A DNA stretch of 63,858 nt, counting the filler, from Octopus bimaculoides (Eukaryota): NCBI RefSeq assembly GCF_001194135.2. It is 9 parts of 7 records of this genome, joined end to end, with 100 filler letters (N's around TTAATTAATTAA, not from the genome) between each part and the next. Parts side by side here need not be neighbours in the genome. Positions count along the whole stretch, not along the records: positions 28,290 to 40,191 come from NC_068988.1; positions 40,292 to 48,242 come from NC_068989.1; positions 48,343 to 54,341 come from NC_068984.1; 6 more parts are not named here. The stretch is one strand, 5' to 3'. Below the pieces are notes generated by a model, which worked only from the letters and a program-made list of their open reading frames with translations, had not been told where the DNA came from and made no database searches. Position numbers and translations under genes: made by a program. Of the stretch, positions 37,556-50,581 are shown one piece after another. How positions within the stretch are numbered: the first letter of the stretch is position 1; the number at the start of each line of letters is the position of its first letter.

Positions 37556-37979
37556 ATTGAAATTGAGACATGTAGGTTGGGTAGGATGGTTAGTCGACTG
37601 GTTTTAACTGGCTGGTATGGTATAGTTAGTTAGTAAGTTCGTTAGTTGTTATAGAAAGATGATTGCAGTTCAATCACAGGTCGTCTTGAAAATTTCACTT
37701 CATTTGTGATGAGATTTGTTTAATTTAATTGTAAGTTAACGATTCTATGTTGATTGCAGTAGAGAATAAATGTTTTATGCAAACTTTATTAGGGGGGTCC
37801 ATTACATGAAGATTGGTCTAAAATACTTCCATCCAAGTCTTAATCTCACCTTCAGTTAGGCATGGCTGAATGTCCAGGTTCAATTCCACTTCTTGGCACT
37901 TCAGGCAAGTGTTTAAAATGGATTTGGTACATTGGAACTCAAAGAAGCTTTGACATCCAAACGTCCACTTTAACCCCAC

Positions 37980-38112
37980 TTCATAACCATGTGGCTTTGG
38001 GTTCTGTCCCAGTGCATGGCACTTTGGGCAAATATCTTATATGGTGGCCCTGGGCCGGCCTAAATCCTTATGAATGAATTCGGTTGATGAAAACTGAAAG
38101 AAGCCCATCACG
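37980..38112 (+). mobile_element. SINE family A, 5' half, decayed
   Basis: CACTTTGGGCAAATATCTT..GAAAACTGAAAGAAGCCC. Confidence 0.7.
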
Positions 38113-39559
38113 TGTGCCTATATACAGGTGTGTAATGGTGACAAGCTGGTAGAACCGTTAATGGTTTCTTGCATTGAAATGCGGAGTATAGGCAGGTTTT
38201 TAAAACACGCTCTGCGTCTCCAAGCAATCTACAGGCTCTGAGCACATGGTCTGTTGAATTTGCAAATCAGGATGCTGACCTGAGTGGTGTTTGAACTCAG
38301 AAAGTAAAGATGCAGAAGAAATGCTGCTAAGCATTTTGCCACTGTCTTAATGGTTCCGCCAACTCAATTTCGAGAGAGAAAAGAAGAAACTTCAGGTCAG
38401 AGGAGGAAGGAAGAAGAAAAGATGATGAGGTGAGATATTTGAGGTTGTGCCAGGAAGATTTAGAATGAGATTAACCTGTAAAGCAAAAGAGATCACATTG
38501 ACATTTAAAATTAAGAACTAAAGGTGGTGGTGGTGGTGGTGGTTGCGATAGGGGTGGTGTATTTGAGGGTGAGTGTGAGTGGTAGGAGGGAAGAAGTTTG
38601 GTCAATAAGTTTCCCGTTTGGAGATGGCCTGGAACCAGTAATAGTAGTAGTGATGGTGGCGGTGGTTGTGCTTATTGTAGTAGTGCTAGTAGAGTTCGTA
38701 GTAAGTAGTAGCTTCACTACCATATTTCTTCTACTGCACCCCCACCCCCATTCCAGACTCTTAACCAACCCCACTTCCAATTTGTTCCCATTCCCGGATG
38801 CCTGAGCCAAGAAGACAGCCTCTAGGGATTGGATCCACCATCTGGCTAGAAGCAGCAACAGCAGCAGCAGCAGTAGTAGTAGTAGTAGTATTAGTAGTAG
38901 TAGTAGTTGCAATAACAGAAGTAGTAGAGTCATTCACCCTCACCCCCACACTACCACTACTACTGACTATGCGTGTAAAGCTTGATACAGTCTCTAATTG
39001 CCTTCACTCTTCTCTGTTAAGAACCAAAGACAGGCTTCTACATGGTTAATTAACTTGCTAAAAGCAGACACCAAATTTCCCTCAAATCTCATCTAAAAAA
39101 ATATGGGAAAAAAAAAAAGAAAATTTTTTATTTGTTACACCGGCATCATACAATCTACCTTTCACTCCAAGGGAAAGGCCCTTGGTAACTAACAGAAGTA
39201 ATAGCTCTGAACTTTGCCCAGACTACATTATTTACATTTGATGGATATTTGTCCTCACCAACCATTCATCAATACCTAGCTTCCACATTTCCCACCAAAT
39301 AAGGGAGAGAGGGACCCTGTCAAAAGCTGTCTACAAAAGCCAAATATAAAGGTTTATTTTTAGCTAAGCACTTATCTAACTACACATGCTGCTGGTGATA
39401 TTTTTCCTCAGTCTGGACTTCTCTGTTTTCTTTCTGACAAAGAGCTATGCTCAAAACATCAGAAACCCGCTTTTCCTACCAAGTGTGAAACTAATACATT
39501 GCACGTCTGCTTGTTTTGTTATTCTTAATGCTTGGTTATTTGATTTGACTTATAGCCAT

Positions 39560-39860
39560 GATGATCATCATCATCGTCACCATCACCGTTAAATGTCTGT
39601 CTTCCCTGCTGGCATGGGTTGGATTGTTTGACAGGAGTTGACCAGGCAGAAGACTGCACCAGATTTCTGTCTGTTTCGGGTTCCTGCCTGGCCAGTTCCT
39701 GTTGAATGGTCCAACCCATGCCAGCATAGGCTTCCAAACAGTTTCCTCTCTACCAAATTAACTCACAAAGAACTGCTCAGCTCAGGGCTATAGTAGGAAA
39801 AACACTTGCCCAAGGTGTTGTGCAGTAGAACTGAACTCAAAACTGTGTGGTTCACAGCAC
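39560..39860 (-). mobile_element. Family B tail and SINE family A head fragments
   Basis: CATCATCATC..GCTGGCATGGGTTGGA and ACACTTGCCCAAGGTG..CTGAACTCA. Confidence 0.7.
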
Positions 39861-40291
39861 AATGGAAATAGACAGGATGGTCATGAGAGGAATGTCTTCA
39901 ATCACCTAACAGCCCGATCAGGGTTAACTTGGGGCTAACCAACAACAAACTCCTCTACCCATTCCAACCATTTCCCCCATAAATATCTCCTCCCCCTTCT
40001 ACCCATTATTCTACATGACCCAGTGTGACCCCTTGAGGGGGTTCACACACATCAAACACGCCCAACACCAATTATATACCCCCCCACCACCACGTCCTTC
40101 CTCCATCAAATATCATTTATTACAATATCGATACCGCCATCACTTCAACCTCCTCCCTCGACATCGTGATCCCCTCCCACTTCCACTAGCTNNNNNNNNN
40201 NNNNNNNNNNNNNNNNNNNNNNNNNNNNNNNNNNNTTAATTAATTAANNNNNNNNNNNNNNNNNNNNNNNNNNNNNNNNNNNNNNNNNNNN

Positions 40292-40334
<43 letters not shown>

Positions 40335-40726
40335 CTGTGTGTGTGCTTGAGTGTACGTGTGTATAAACATACATATGTATGTCTATGCATGTACTTATGC
40401 CTGTATTTGTATATGCATATATATATATGCATATACATGTGTGTGAATATATTATATATATATATATATATATACATATGTATGTATACATATATGCATG
40501 TATATGCACACATACATATATGTATAAATATATGCATATGCATATATGTACATACATGTTTGCGTATGTATAAATACACATACATACATAGTTATACACG
40601 GCCACTCGCACACACACCATACATATACACACGCATGTATCTACATCACTTCCTAACGTATATATGAATATATGTATGTTCATATATATATAATACATAT
40701 ACATATATATGTGTGTGTATTTGTGC

Positions 40727-40809
<83 letters not shown>

Positions 40810-41731
40810 TATATACATATATGTGTACGTCTATATTCATATATATATATATATATATATACATAGACATATATATATATACTTATCTAAATATATACAT
40901 ATATATAGACATGTATATATACAAATATATATACATATGTATGTATGTATGTATGTATGTACTTTCTGAACAGCTTAGCACCTGATCATGTGATAATGCC
41001 ATTTCCAATTGTTGTTGTCCTTTTCGTTATTCTTATCGATGCCGCTTCTCTTAATGTGTGTGTGCGCGCGCGTGTGTGAGAGAGGTAAGTGTAAATTTTT
41101 TATCATTATTTTTATAGACAAGGTATATCGATGTCCTCTCGGAGGAGGGGACGATTATTCCCATTCTTATGAGTGGCTTGCTGATTTTCATTGTTCTTCT
41201 TCTTCTTCTTCTTATGGCCTCGTTTCAATGTTTTGCGTCCTTCGGTTTCCCATATTATTTCAGCGTTTGTTTTCGAATTTTCATGAAGATTTCATTTTAT
41301 ATTTGTTGTTGTGATTTTCAATAATTGTTTTTCATGAGGTGAAATTTTTTTTTTATGTATTTATATTTTTATTTATTTATTCATATATTTTTTGTTTTGA
41401 ATTGTGTAAAAGACTGTTTTATTTTTCATCTTAGTCCTAATGAGGTTAATTTTCGCTAACTATCGTGTTGCTGGCCGGCCAAGGAGAATCTTACAATAGG
41501 GATGCCGTATGTGTATGTATGCTAAATACTTTTATATATATATATATAAACAATTGCAGCGTGGAAGGTGTTTATAAGTCATTTATGCAACACACAAAAA
41601 CCGTTAGATTCACTCCAACATTTCAATTTGATTTGCCAAAATATTTTCGTTGCTTTGAAACTGCGACCTGTTCACTGACAAAATTCCGTGCACCACGGAA
41701 TTTTGTCGGTGAACAGGTCGCGGTCTCAAAC

Positions 41732-41812
<81 letters not shown>

Positions 41813-42409
41813 CTCATACTTCTACTGTTTCTCTCCCTCTCTCTCTATCTATCTATCTAGCAAGCTCGCTACCCAGCTATCTCTATCTCGCTTTCATTCT
41901 ACCTCCTTCTCCCATTCCTTTTGAGAAAAGCATGTCATACGATCGCCATATTTCATTTTCTTTGAACTCACTCATTTTCTCAAGTTCTGCTTATATTCAA
42001 GAAATATATTCTTCTGTTACACACACCGCTTATACTTCCGTTAAAACGAGACAAGTTATTTGCTATTTATTTTTGTATTATTATTATTATTATTGCAGTT
42101 GTTGTTGTTGCTGTTCTGTCTTTCAATTCACAACTAATAAGGAAACCACTTCATTGTATTGTGCCACATATAATATGTATATATGTGTGTAAGTGTGCGT
42201 ATGCATATTTATAATATACATACATACATACATACATACATACATTCATAGGTAAATGCGCAAACGAAAAGTAAGAAACGCATAATGAATGCACAGACGA
42301 ACGGAAAAACGTAAATTCAGTGCACAAACGGACGGAAAAGAGACAGAAAGTCCTTCGTTCTTCATCAGTCATCAACCAGACAGGTATTACTCAGATTCGC
42401 AGCGCCATT

Positions 42410-42442
42410 AACATACATACAGACATACATTACATGCATACA

Positions 42443-42473
<31 letters not shown>

Positions 42474-43070
42474 CATACATTACATACATGCATTATGTAC
42501 ATACATCACATACATACATACATTACATACATACAATACATAACATACATACATACATTACATACATATATAACATACATACATACATATGTGCATACAT
42601 ACATATATATATACATACGTACATACATACATAACATACATACATATATACATTACATACATACATTACATATATACATTACATACATTACATACATACA
42701 TTATATACATACATACATACATACATTACATACATACATACATACATACATTACATACATACATTACATATATACATATATTACATACATACATACATAC
42801 ATTACATACATACATACATACATACATTACATACATATATTACATACATATATTACATACATACATTACATACATACATTACATACATACATACATTACA
42901 TACATACATTACATACATACATTACATACATACATTACATACATACATACATTACATACATACATTACATACATACATTACATACATACATACATTACAT
43001 ACAGACATACATACATTACATACATACATTACATACATGCATACATACATACATTACATGCATACATACA
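42410..43070. repeat. ~660-bp (CATA)n/(CATTA) compound satellite
   Basis: Alternating TACA and TACAT units. Confidence 0.95.
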
Positions 43071-43094
43071 TATGTGTGAGTATGTATTTTGTCT

Positions 43095-43570
43095 TCTTTT
43101 TTTCCTTGTTTCAGTCACTTGACTGCGGCCATGCTGGGGCACCGACTTAGCTGGTTTAGTCGAGCAATTCGCCCCCAAAGCTCATTTGCTTTCAGCCTAG
43201 TACTTATTCGACCGGTCTCTAACTGCTAGGTTAGGGAAACGTAAACACACCAACACCGGTTATCAAACGGTGCGGTGGAGGCAAACAGAAACGCGAAGAC
43301 GCGCACTTACATACGCAGTGTGTGCGTGTGTGTGTGTGTGTTTGTGTGTGTGTATGCGTGTGTATGTGTGTTCCCCGACCATTCCTTGACAACCGATGTT
43401 GGTGCCTTTACACCCCCGTAACTTAACGATTCAGTAAAAGAGGCCGATAGAATAAGTACTAGGCTTACAAAGAATAAGCACTGGGATCGATTCCTTCAAC
43501 TAAAAGCCCTTTAAGGTGGTGCTCCAACATGGCCGCAGTCCATTGACTGAAACAAGTAAAAGAATATAAG
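43095..43570. mobile_element. Two SINE family A 3' halves back to back (minus 43095-43290, plus 43360-43570)
   Basis: Opposite-strand tails joined through one (TG)n tract; no tRNA heads. Confidence 0.85.
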
Positions 43571-43600
43571 AATATATGTATATAATATAATATAAATAAC

Positions 43601-43635
<35 letters not shown>

Positions 43636-43704
43636 CATATATACGTACATATATGTACATACTGACATATATATGTATATATATGTATATATATGCATAT
43701 ATGT

Positions 43705-43900
43705 ATGTGTACAGGACGTCACAAAACGTAAACAACATGAAATACGAAGACAAATATTTTTGCGAGAGAAACGAGAGAAACAGATGGAAAACAAGATAGG
43801 TAACATAAAGAACCACCCTTCATCAGTTGTCGGCTATCCATCTACTCCACATTTCGAGCAATTCACTACAATATGTGCCTTCGAGAACAGTTGCTCCCAC
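43705..43900 (-). mobile_element. Dispersed repeat with CTGATGAAGG motif (related to 50975-51120)
   Basis: Shared end TTGTT.ACGTTTT..GTGA.GTCCTGTAC. Confidence 0.55.
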
Positions 43901-44663
43901 AAACCAAAATAAAATTTGGGATTTTGCAGAGGGTCAAAATTGGTAAGAAAAAAAGGACAGTGAAACAAATAATGTGGGCTGCTAAGCCAGATGGGGTAAT
44001 GTGGCGAACGCTGAGGAACATTCTTTGATAAGAATACGTCTTGTCTATGCAACAGACCGGAAGAAAAAAAAAAGATGAACACGTATGGAAAGAAAGATGG
44101 ACGATGGTCACGTGTGAGCAGCGAGAGAGTAAAGGAGGAAGATAGAGAAAAGAGAGGGGGACAGATAGAAAACGGTGAAGGGAGACAAAAGAATTAGAGA
44201 AAGAATAGGGTTCAAATCTAAGCCATGTCCTGTGCAAGCACATCTGATTTTTACCATATTCCAATTCCGTATGCAGAAGTTGTACCTCTGTGGGGTGAGT
44301 ATAAGAGTTGAAAATTCTTGAAATATTATTTACAGAACAATTATATATCAAAACAGGAGATTGAGAAAAATTGGTGAATAAAGAATACCCAAATATTTTT
44401 ACACTCTCCATATATATATATATAGGCGCATTCAAAGCCAGTGATCACCAATTGACGAAACCAGTATGACTTTGAATCCCTTTAACAATTCAAAATAATG
44501 ACTTTTATTCCTCTTAATTCTACCTCAGTCCATCTATTTATCGTTACTTTTCATAAAAAACGCCTTTATTTTTTTATATCCAATGTGCATTTTCGCTTTT
44601 TTCTTCTTACTTTCCCCTTATATCTACCACGTGTAGTTTATTTTTCTCTTTGAAACCTATTTC

Positions 44664-44712
<49 letters not shown>

Positions 44713-45190
44713 AATATATGTATGTAATATACTTAATGTATACATACATATAAGCATGAATGCGTACACACACATACATGCATACACATACATATATACA
44801 CACACAGATACGGGCACCTACAAATGCATACATGCACACATTACACGCATGCATACACACACGCACATACTCACATACATATTTACATACATACATACAT
44901 AATTGCATACATGCATACATACACAATTACATGCGCGCACATATTCTTTCTCCGATTCTGTTCTCACCTTTCCAAATGTAATTAGGAAAGGATGAAGGTT
45001 AATTTAAATTCCAATTAACAATGTGAGTTATTACTGGTGGCCTCCATGTTCTTCCTTTGTTAACACCTCAGATTTTATTAGGATCAATACTAAACACTAT
45101 TCATTTGTAAATATGGATATCATAATCAGCGATGTAACACTCCGCCCCCTCCCTCTCACCTTCACTCTTTTTTCTTTCTCTCTCCTTCTT

Positions 45191-45225
<35 letters not shown>

Positions 45226-45295
45226 TATATTTATTTACTGATGGAGAGGCTGCCAATGTAATATTCCGAAGCCTTTTCTTATCACATATACACAT

Positions 45296-45652
45296 AGGAC
45301 CAGGAGTGGCTGCGTGGTAAGTAGCTTACTTCCCAACCACATGGTTCCGGGTTCAGTCCCACTGCGTGGAACTTTGGGCAAGTGTCTTCTACTATAGCCT
45401 TGGCCCAACCAAAGCCTTGGCCCAACCAAAGCCTTGGCCCAACCAAAGCCTTGTGACTGGATTTGGTAGACGGAAACTGAAAGAAGCCCGTTGTACATGT
45501 ATATGTATATATTTATTTATGTGTGCGTGTGTGCGTGTGTATGTCTTTGTGTCTGTGTTTATCTCCGCCACCATCGCTTGACAACTGATGTTGGTGTCTT
45601 TACATCCTCGTAACTTAGCGGTTCGGCAAAAAAGACACCGATACAATAAGCA
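45296..45652 (+). mobile_element. SINE family A with internal 17-bp triplication, truncated by the next element
   Basis: GGAGTGGCTGCGTGGTAAG..GGGTTCAGTCC..TTGGGCAAGTGTCTT; GCCTTGGCCCAACCAAA x3. Confidence 0.9.
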
Positions 45653-45653
45653 C

Positions 45654-45727
45654 GAGCATATGGCGTAGTGGTTAAGAGCGCGGGCTACTAACCCCAAGAT
45701 TCCAAGTTTGATTCCAGGCAGTTACCA

Positions 45728-45786
<59 letters not shown>

Positions 45787-45965
45787 TCGAAAAATACCTT
45801 AGGAATAAGAACCCAGGTTCGAAATTTCTCCAAGACACCTGACGAAGGCTGGAGGGTATATCAGTCGAAACGTTGTGTTAACAACAAACAAGATGAGAAC
45901 AAATATCCATCCAATGTAAATAATGTAAATAATGTACATAATTCCTCATGTCTTGAATATAGAAC
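45654..45965 (+). mobile_element. tRNA-like head + (AAT)n + hammerhead-bearing 3' module (SINE/retrozyme-like)
   Basis: A-box TGGCGTAGTGG, B-box-like AAGTTTGATTCC, (AAT)n at 45729-45783, hammerhead at 45834-45879. Confidence 0.8.
45834..45879 (+). ncRNA. Minimal type I hammerhead ribozyme motif
   Basis: GACAC-CTGACGA-A-GGCTG(gagggtatat)CAGTC-GAAA-CG-TT-GTGTT; helix III reduced to the palindrome AACGTT. Confidence 0.8.
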
Positions 45966-46759
45966 TGTAACACTCGTGAACATTTAACAGATTCTTATAA
46001 CTGCACATTTGCGTTGATCTTTTACAGATAATAACAGCAATAATTCCATACTAGGAAAGACATACAACTTACAACTACAAAATATTTGCGCTATATTCGT
46101 GGAATCGAAAATTCCTGTCGACTATCTGCTATTTATCTCAATTGGGTGGAGGTGGTGAGAATGGAGACGACGTACGGCTGCCTCAGCGTTCTGCGATTAC
46201 TGCTAAAAACCGCCTTTTTCTCGGACACAATGAGAAAATTCTAGAAAATCGAATCACGCGATGGCTTGACGCTGATTGGATGCTTAATAGACCGATCGCG
46301 TGAAACTACTGTGGTTTGATCGTGATGTTGCTCAGCTACTTAGTAATACGGTTTCAGATCACCGCTACATTCTCTTCCTTCTCTCAACTTCACTCCGCCA
46401 CCTTCTACTCATCTATTCTATATTCCACTCCAACGCAGCCCACTTCACTCCACTACACAACACTCGTTTCACTACTCACCTTCACACTTTTCTTTTACAC
46501 CAAGTTCCACTCCACTTCACACCTTTCCTTTCTCCTTCACCTCCTTACACTCAATCAAATTCCTGGCCGCTCTACCAGCTAGAAATAACAGCCAGATCGT
46601 CCTGAAATCATACCTTACATCTTAGAAGAAAAAATGCGTTGGAGGTTGTGCAATACACTGGAGGATAGGTGATGGATGTAAAGTCAACCAAAGGAAGGGG
46701 GAGATTTTTTTCCTACTTTCTTACACCTCACTAACAATGATAATATCGTGAAATTGTGG

Positions 46760-47165
46760 CTCAGACGTGGCTGTGTGGGTAAGAAGCTTGCTTCTTAGCT
46801 ATGTGATCTTGGGTTCAGTTCCACTGCGCGGTACCCTAAAGTATCTTCTAAAGTAACCCCGGGCCGACCAAAATTTTGTGAGTGGATTTGATGAGCGGAA
46901 AATGAAAGAAATCCGTTGTGCGCGCGCGCGTGTGTGTGAGTGTGTGTGTGTACTTTGTCTCCTAGCATCTCTTAAAAACCGGTGATGGTTTATTTATGCC
47001 CCCATAAGTTAGCAGTTCGGTAAAAAGTGGCGGACAGAATAAGTGCCAAGCTTTGAAAATAAATAATTAGTAAGGTCGTTCTGTTCGACTAGAAACGCTT
47101 CAAGGCGGTGCCCCAGCATGGCCACAGTCCAATGATTAAAACAAGTAAAAGATAAAAAATAAAAG
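46760..47165 (+). mobile_element. Full-length decayed SINE family A (head - microsatellite - tail)
   Basis: Head, (CG)n(TG)n linker and GGCGGTGCCCCAGCATGGCCACAGTC tail are contiguous. Confidence 0.85.
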
Positions 47166-47606
47166 GACTGTAGTACAGTGCTTCCTGCAGATGATCAAAG
47201 AAGGGATGGTCGTGGTGGGATGTTTTTTGATAATAGATTTGCCCGAGAACTAAACAACTAAAACAACAACAACAACAACAGGAATGTTACTTCATTATAC
47301 TAAACTACACTCATTTCCCCTCCACTCCACTCCATCAAGCTACACTTCACTCCCCGCACTACACTAAACACCACACTAACCCCACTCCAATAAGCCCCAG
47401 AGCACTAAACTCTCATCCGCTTTCTCTATCTATTATCTCCTCCTCTTCCTTTACCCCTATCTTTAACCCCAATGATAGTCCCACCTGCAGTCTTCCCCTT
47501 TCGCCTGTCACTTTATCGATTGTTTAAAAATAACCAGAGTCCAGATACGATGCGGATGTGAAACGGTGGAAAGGATAGAAGGGTTAGGAGACGCATATCG
47601 GGAACG

Positions 47607-47651
47607 GGGTGGACTGACGAAGCAAGTTATAATGAAACGGCGTGCCTACCC
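47607..47651 (+). ncRNA. Degenerate hammerhead motif
   Basis: GGGTGGA-CTGACGA-agcaagttataat-GAAA-CGGCG-TG-CCTACCC; helix I is retained, helix II is lost, and the cleavage-site base is G. Confidence 0.4.
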
Positions 47652-48195
47652 TACTTCTCCATGACCCCTGGTCGGACCTCGTCAACATCCAATACCCACC
47701 TTCTGCTCTACTATACCGCACTCAACCATCGCTCTCTCTCGCTCTCTCCCAACACTCCCCCCCCCCACACACACACACACTTGGTGCAAACAAACAACAA
47801 ACAAACGAACGAACGGAACCCAGACACATAAAGAGAGAAAAATAAGAAGTAAGGCACAGTGAAACAATGGAGAGAACGTGAGGGGGGAAAAGTAAGACGA
47901 AATCAATACAACAAAACTAAAGGAAGAAACAAACAAGTTTTTCCTTCACGTCAGGTTATTAAATATTTTAGCACGGAATTCCTTCAACGCGAAACTTTTA
48001 ATTTAGATCTAAATTACAGATATTGTCACACGCGCACACATATACACCACATAAACACTGAAGCATGTATGTATGTATGTATGTATGTATGTATGTATGT
48101 ATGTATGTGTGTGTGTGTGATGCGCGTAAATACGCATGTTTGAACGAGTGTGTGCACGTATATTTGAACTTCTGTGTGTACGCGTACAACCACAG

Positions 48196-48242
<47 letters not shown>

Positions 48243-49940
48243 NNNNNNNNNNNNNNNNNNNNNNNNNNNNNNNNNNNNNNNNNNNNTTAATTAATTAANN
48301 NNNNNNNNNNNNNNNNNNNNNNNNNNNNNNNNNNNNNNNNNNTGTGTGTATGTATGTTTGTATGTATGTATGTATATGTATGTGTGTGTGTGCGTGCGTG
48401 TGTGAATACGTGAGTATGTCGATGGCTAGGTGAGGACGTAAAATATAGTACAAGGGTGGTTCTGCTCATTTTTTAAGTGCCGCTGATGTCTTGGAGATTC
48501 AGTCTTAGATTTGTCATACGGTTGATTGCCTCCGTTTTAATGGAAGACTATGACAGTGCGACCACCAAATTGGTCATTTTAGTGCAAAATTTGGTCAAAC
48601 TTGATAACAAATCGATAACAGCCAGCTGTGCACTTATGTGTGTGTACAAGTATGAGAAACACGGCACATGTGAATTTATGTTTTGACTTATCTAGGAATG
48701 TATGTATGTATGTATGCGAGTATGTATGAATGCACGTATGTATGTACTTATGAATATACGTATGTTTACGTATCTAACTTGTGTATATGCATTTATTAGA
48801 GGATAACCTAAGTAATCTCTAGCAACTGATTTTATTGTTAGCCGTGTCCTATTGCTGCGAGACAGCTACCATATCTAAGTTTCTCAATAATTACAAATCT
48901 AGATCTATAGATGTAAAGTTATAATCCAGTCGTGTCAGCAGATTTTTCATTACTCAGCATAAATGCTTTCTTTTTCCATATATTTTAAACATTAGTGAGA
49001 TGTTCTGTATTTTTGCTACTAATTTCCTCCTAATTTCTTATTTCCTCCAATTTCCCCCAGTTTCCAACTAATTTTCACGGCTGTTCACACTTTCTTTTCT
49101 TAGTCCCAGATCATTATGTCGGGTCTGTTTTGCTTACATTTTACAGAGATTTTAAGAGGAACCTTAGCCAGTATTATTTCGTGTGTGTGTGTGTGTATGC
49201 ATGTATGTGTTTGTATCAGTGCATGTATGTATATACATGTGTACGTGTTCATGTGTGTTTGTATTGTGTTAGTAAATAACTGAAAATGTATGCGAATAAA
49301 TATCTCTATCTTTGTAAAAATTTCTATCAGTCACTTTCTCTCACACTCTCTCGTTGCCCCTCTCGCTTTCTTGCTCTCTCTTTAATCTACTCTCCCTCTC
49401 TTACCTATTTCTCCCCTTCTCCGGCCTTTCCTTCTGCTTAATCATCGTCATTCGAGGGAAATTACAGCTGAAGTCTTGATTTTGTCCTCTATAATTTGAC
49501 ATACTTTTAAAAGGTAATAACAATCAATAAATACACACGTATACACACATTTGTAGACAAACATTAATAAACCTCCATTGGTGTCGATGAGGAATTTACC
49601 AGTTTTTCGAAGGGCACTTGTACCTACACTCTGAATGAGCATAACTGGTTGAGCATTACAATAGATACTTATATCCTTCACGTAATTCTCAAACAGAATA
49701 GCTTGACAGCACGTGTGTCAAAGCTTGTCTTTCAGTTACAGATTCAGAGAGTCAATCTGACGGGCTCCACAGACATTTTGCCTATCAATTTTAGTTAGAG
49801 TCTAGGTTTGATACCAAATTATTGTCAAGATCATTTGTCTAAAAGACTAAGAAATGCGATCGATTCCAGAGAACATGATTGCAGAGCAAATCTTTCAACG
49901 AGTTAGCCTTACTTACGTCCAAATGTTACGTGTAAATATA

Positions 49941-50304
49941 TTGTTGTTCTTGTTGGCACTCCGTCGCTTACGACGTCGAGGGTTCCAGTTGATCCGATCA
50001 ACGGAACAGCCTGCTCGTGAAATTAACGTGCAAGTGGCTGAGCACTCCAAAAACATAGTACCCTTAACGTAGTTCTCGGGGATATTCAGCATGAATTACA
50101 GGCACAACAGAAACAGGAAGTAAGAGTGAGAGAAAGTTGTGGTGGAAGAGTACAGCAGGGTTCGCCACCATCCCTGCCGGAGCCTCGTGGAGCTTTAGGT
50201 GTTTTTGCTCAATAAACACTCACAATGCCCAGTCTGGGAATCGAAACAGCGATCCTACGACCGCGAATCCGCTGCCCTAACCACTGGGCCATTGCGCCTC
50301 CACG
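49941..50304 (-). mobile_element. SINE family D with a small internal deletion
   Basis: Reverse complement of the 19389-19774 family. Confidence 0.9.
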
Positions 50305-50513
50305 TAAACGCATATAGATACGTACAAACATGAATGCGCGCGCGCGTACGTACATACATACATACATACATACATGCATACATACATACATACATACATA
50401 CATACATACATACATGCTTACATACATAGTTACATTCTCAAAAGATGTAGAGTTGGAGTTTGGTCAGGATAAATGTTTTATATGGTTGTGAATATGGGGA
50501 AACTATAAACCAT

Positions 50514-50581
50514 AGTGTTACCCCTATATGAGTGTTACCCCTATATGAGTGTTACCCTTATATGAGTGTTACCCCTATATC
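50514..50581. repeat. 17-bp tandem repeat x4 (GTGTTACCCCTATATGA)
   Basis: Direct inspection. Confidence 0.9.

Noticed and set aside
45654-45728. Functional tRNA gene
   Set aside because: A and B boxes are present but there is no convincing acceptor stem or cloverleaf, and it runs into (AAT)n; treated as a SINE head. The same applies to the heads at 19.4 and 50.3 kb.
49575-49625. TCGATGA-GGAA..TTTC-GAAG hammerhead-like string
   Set aside because: Both core boxes are mutated and helices I and III are not evident.
50514-50581. CRISPR-like or iteron-like short direct repeats
   Set aside because: Head-to-tail 17-mers without spacers in a eukaryotic context; an ordinary minisatellite.
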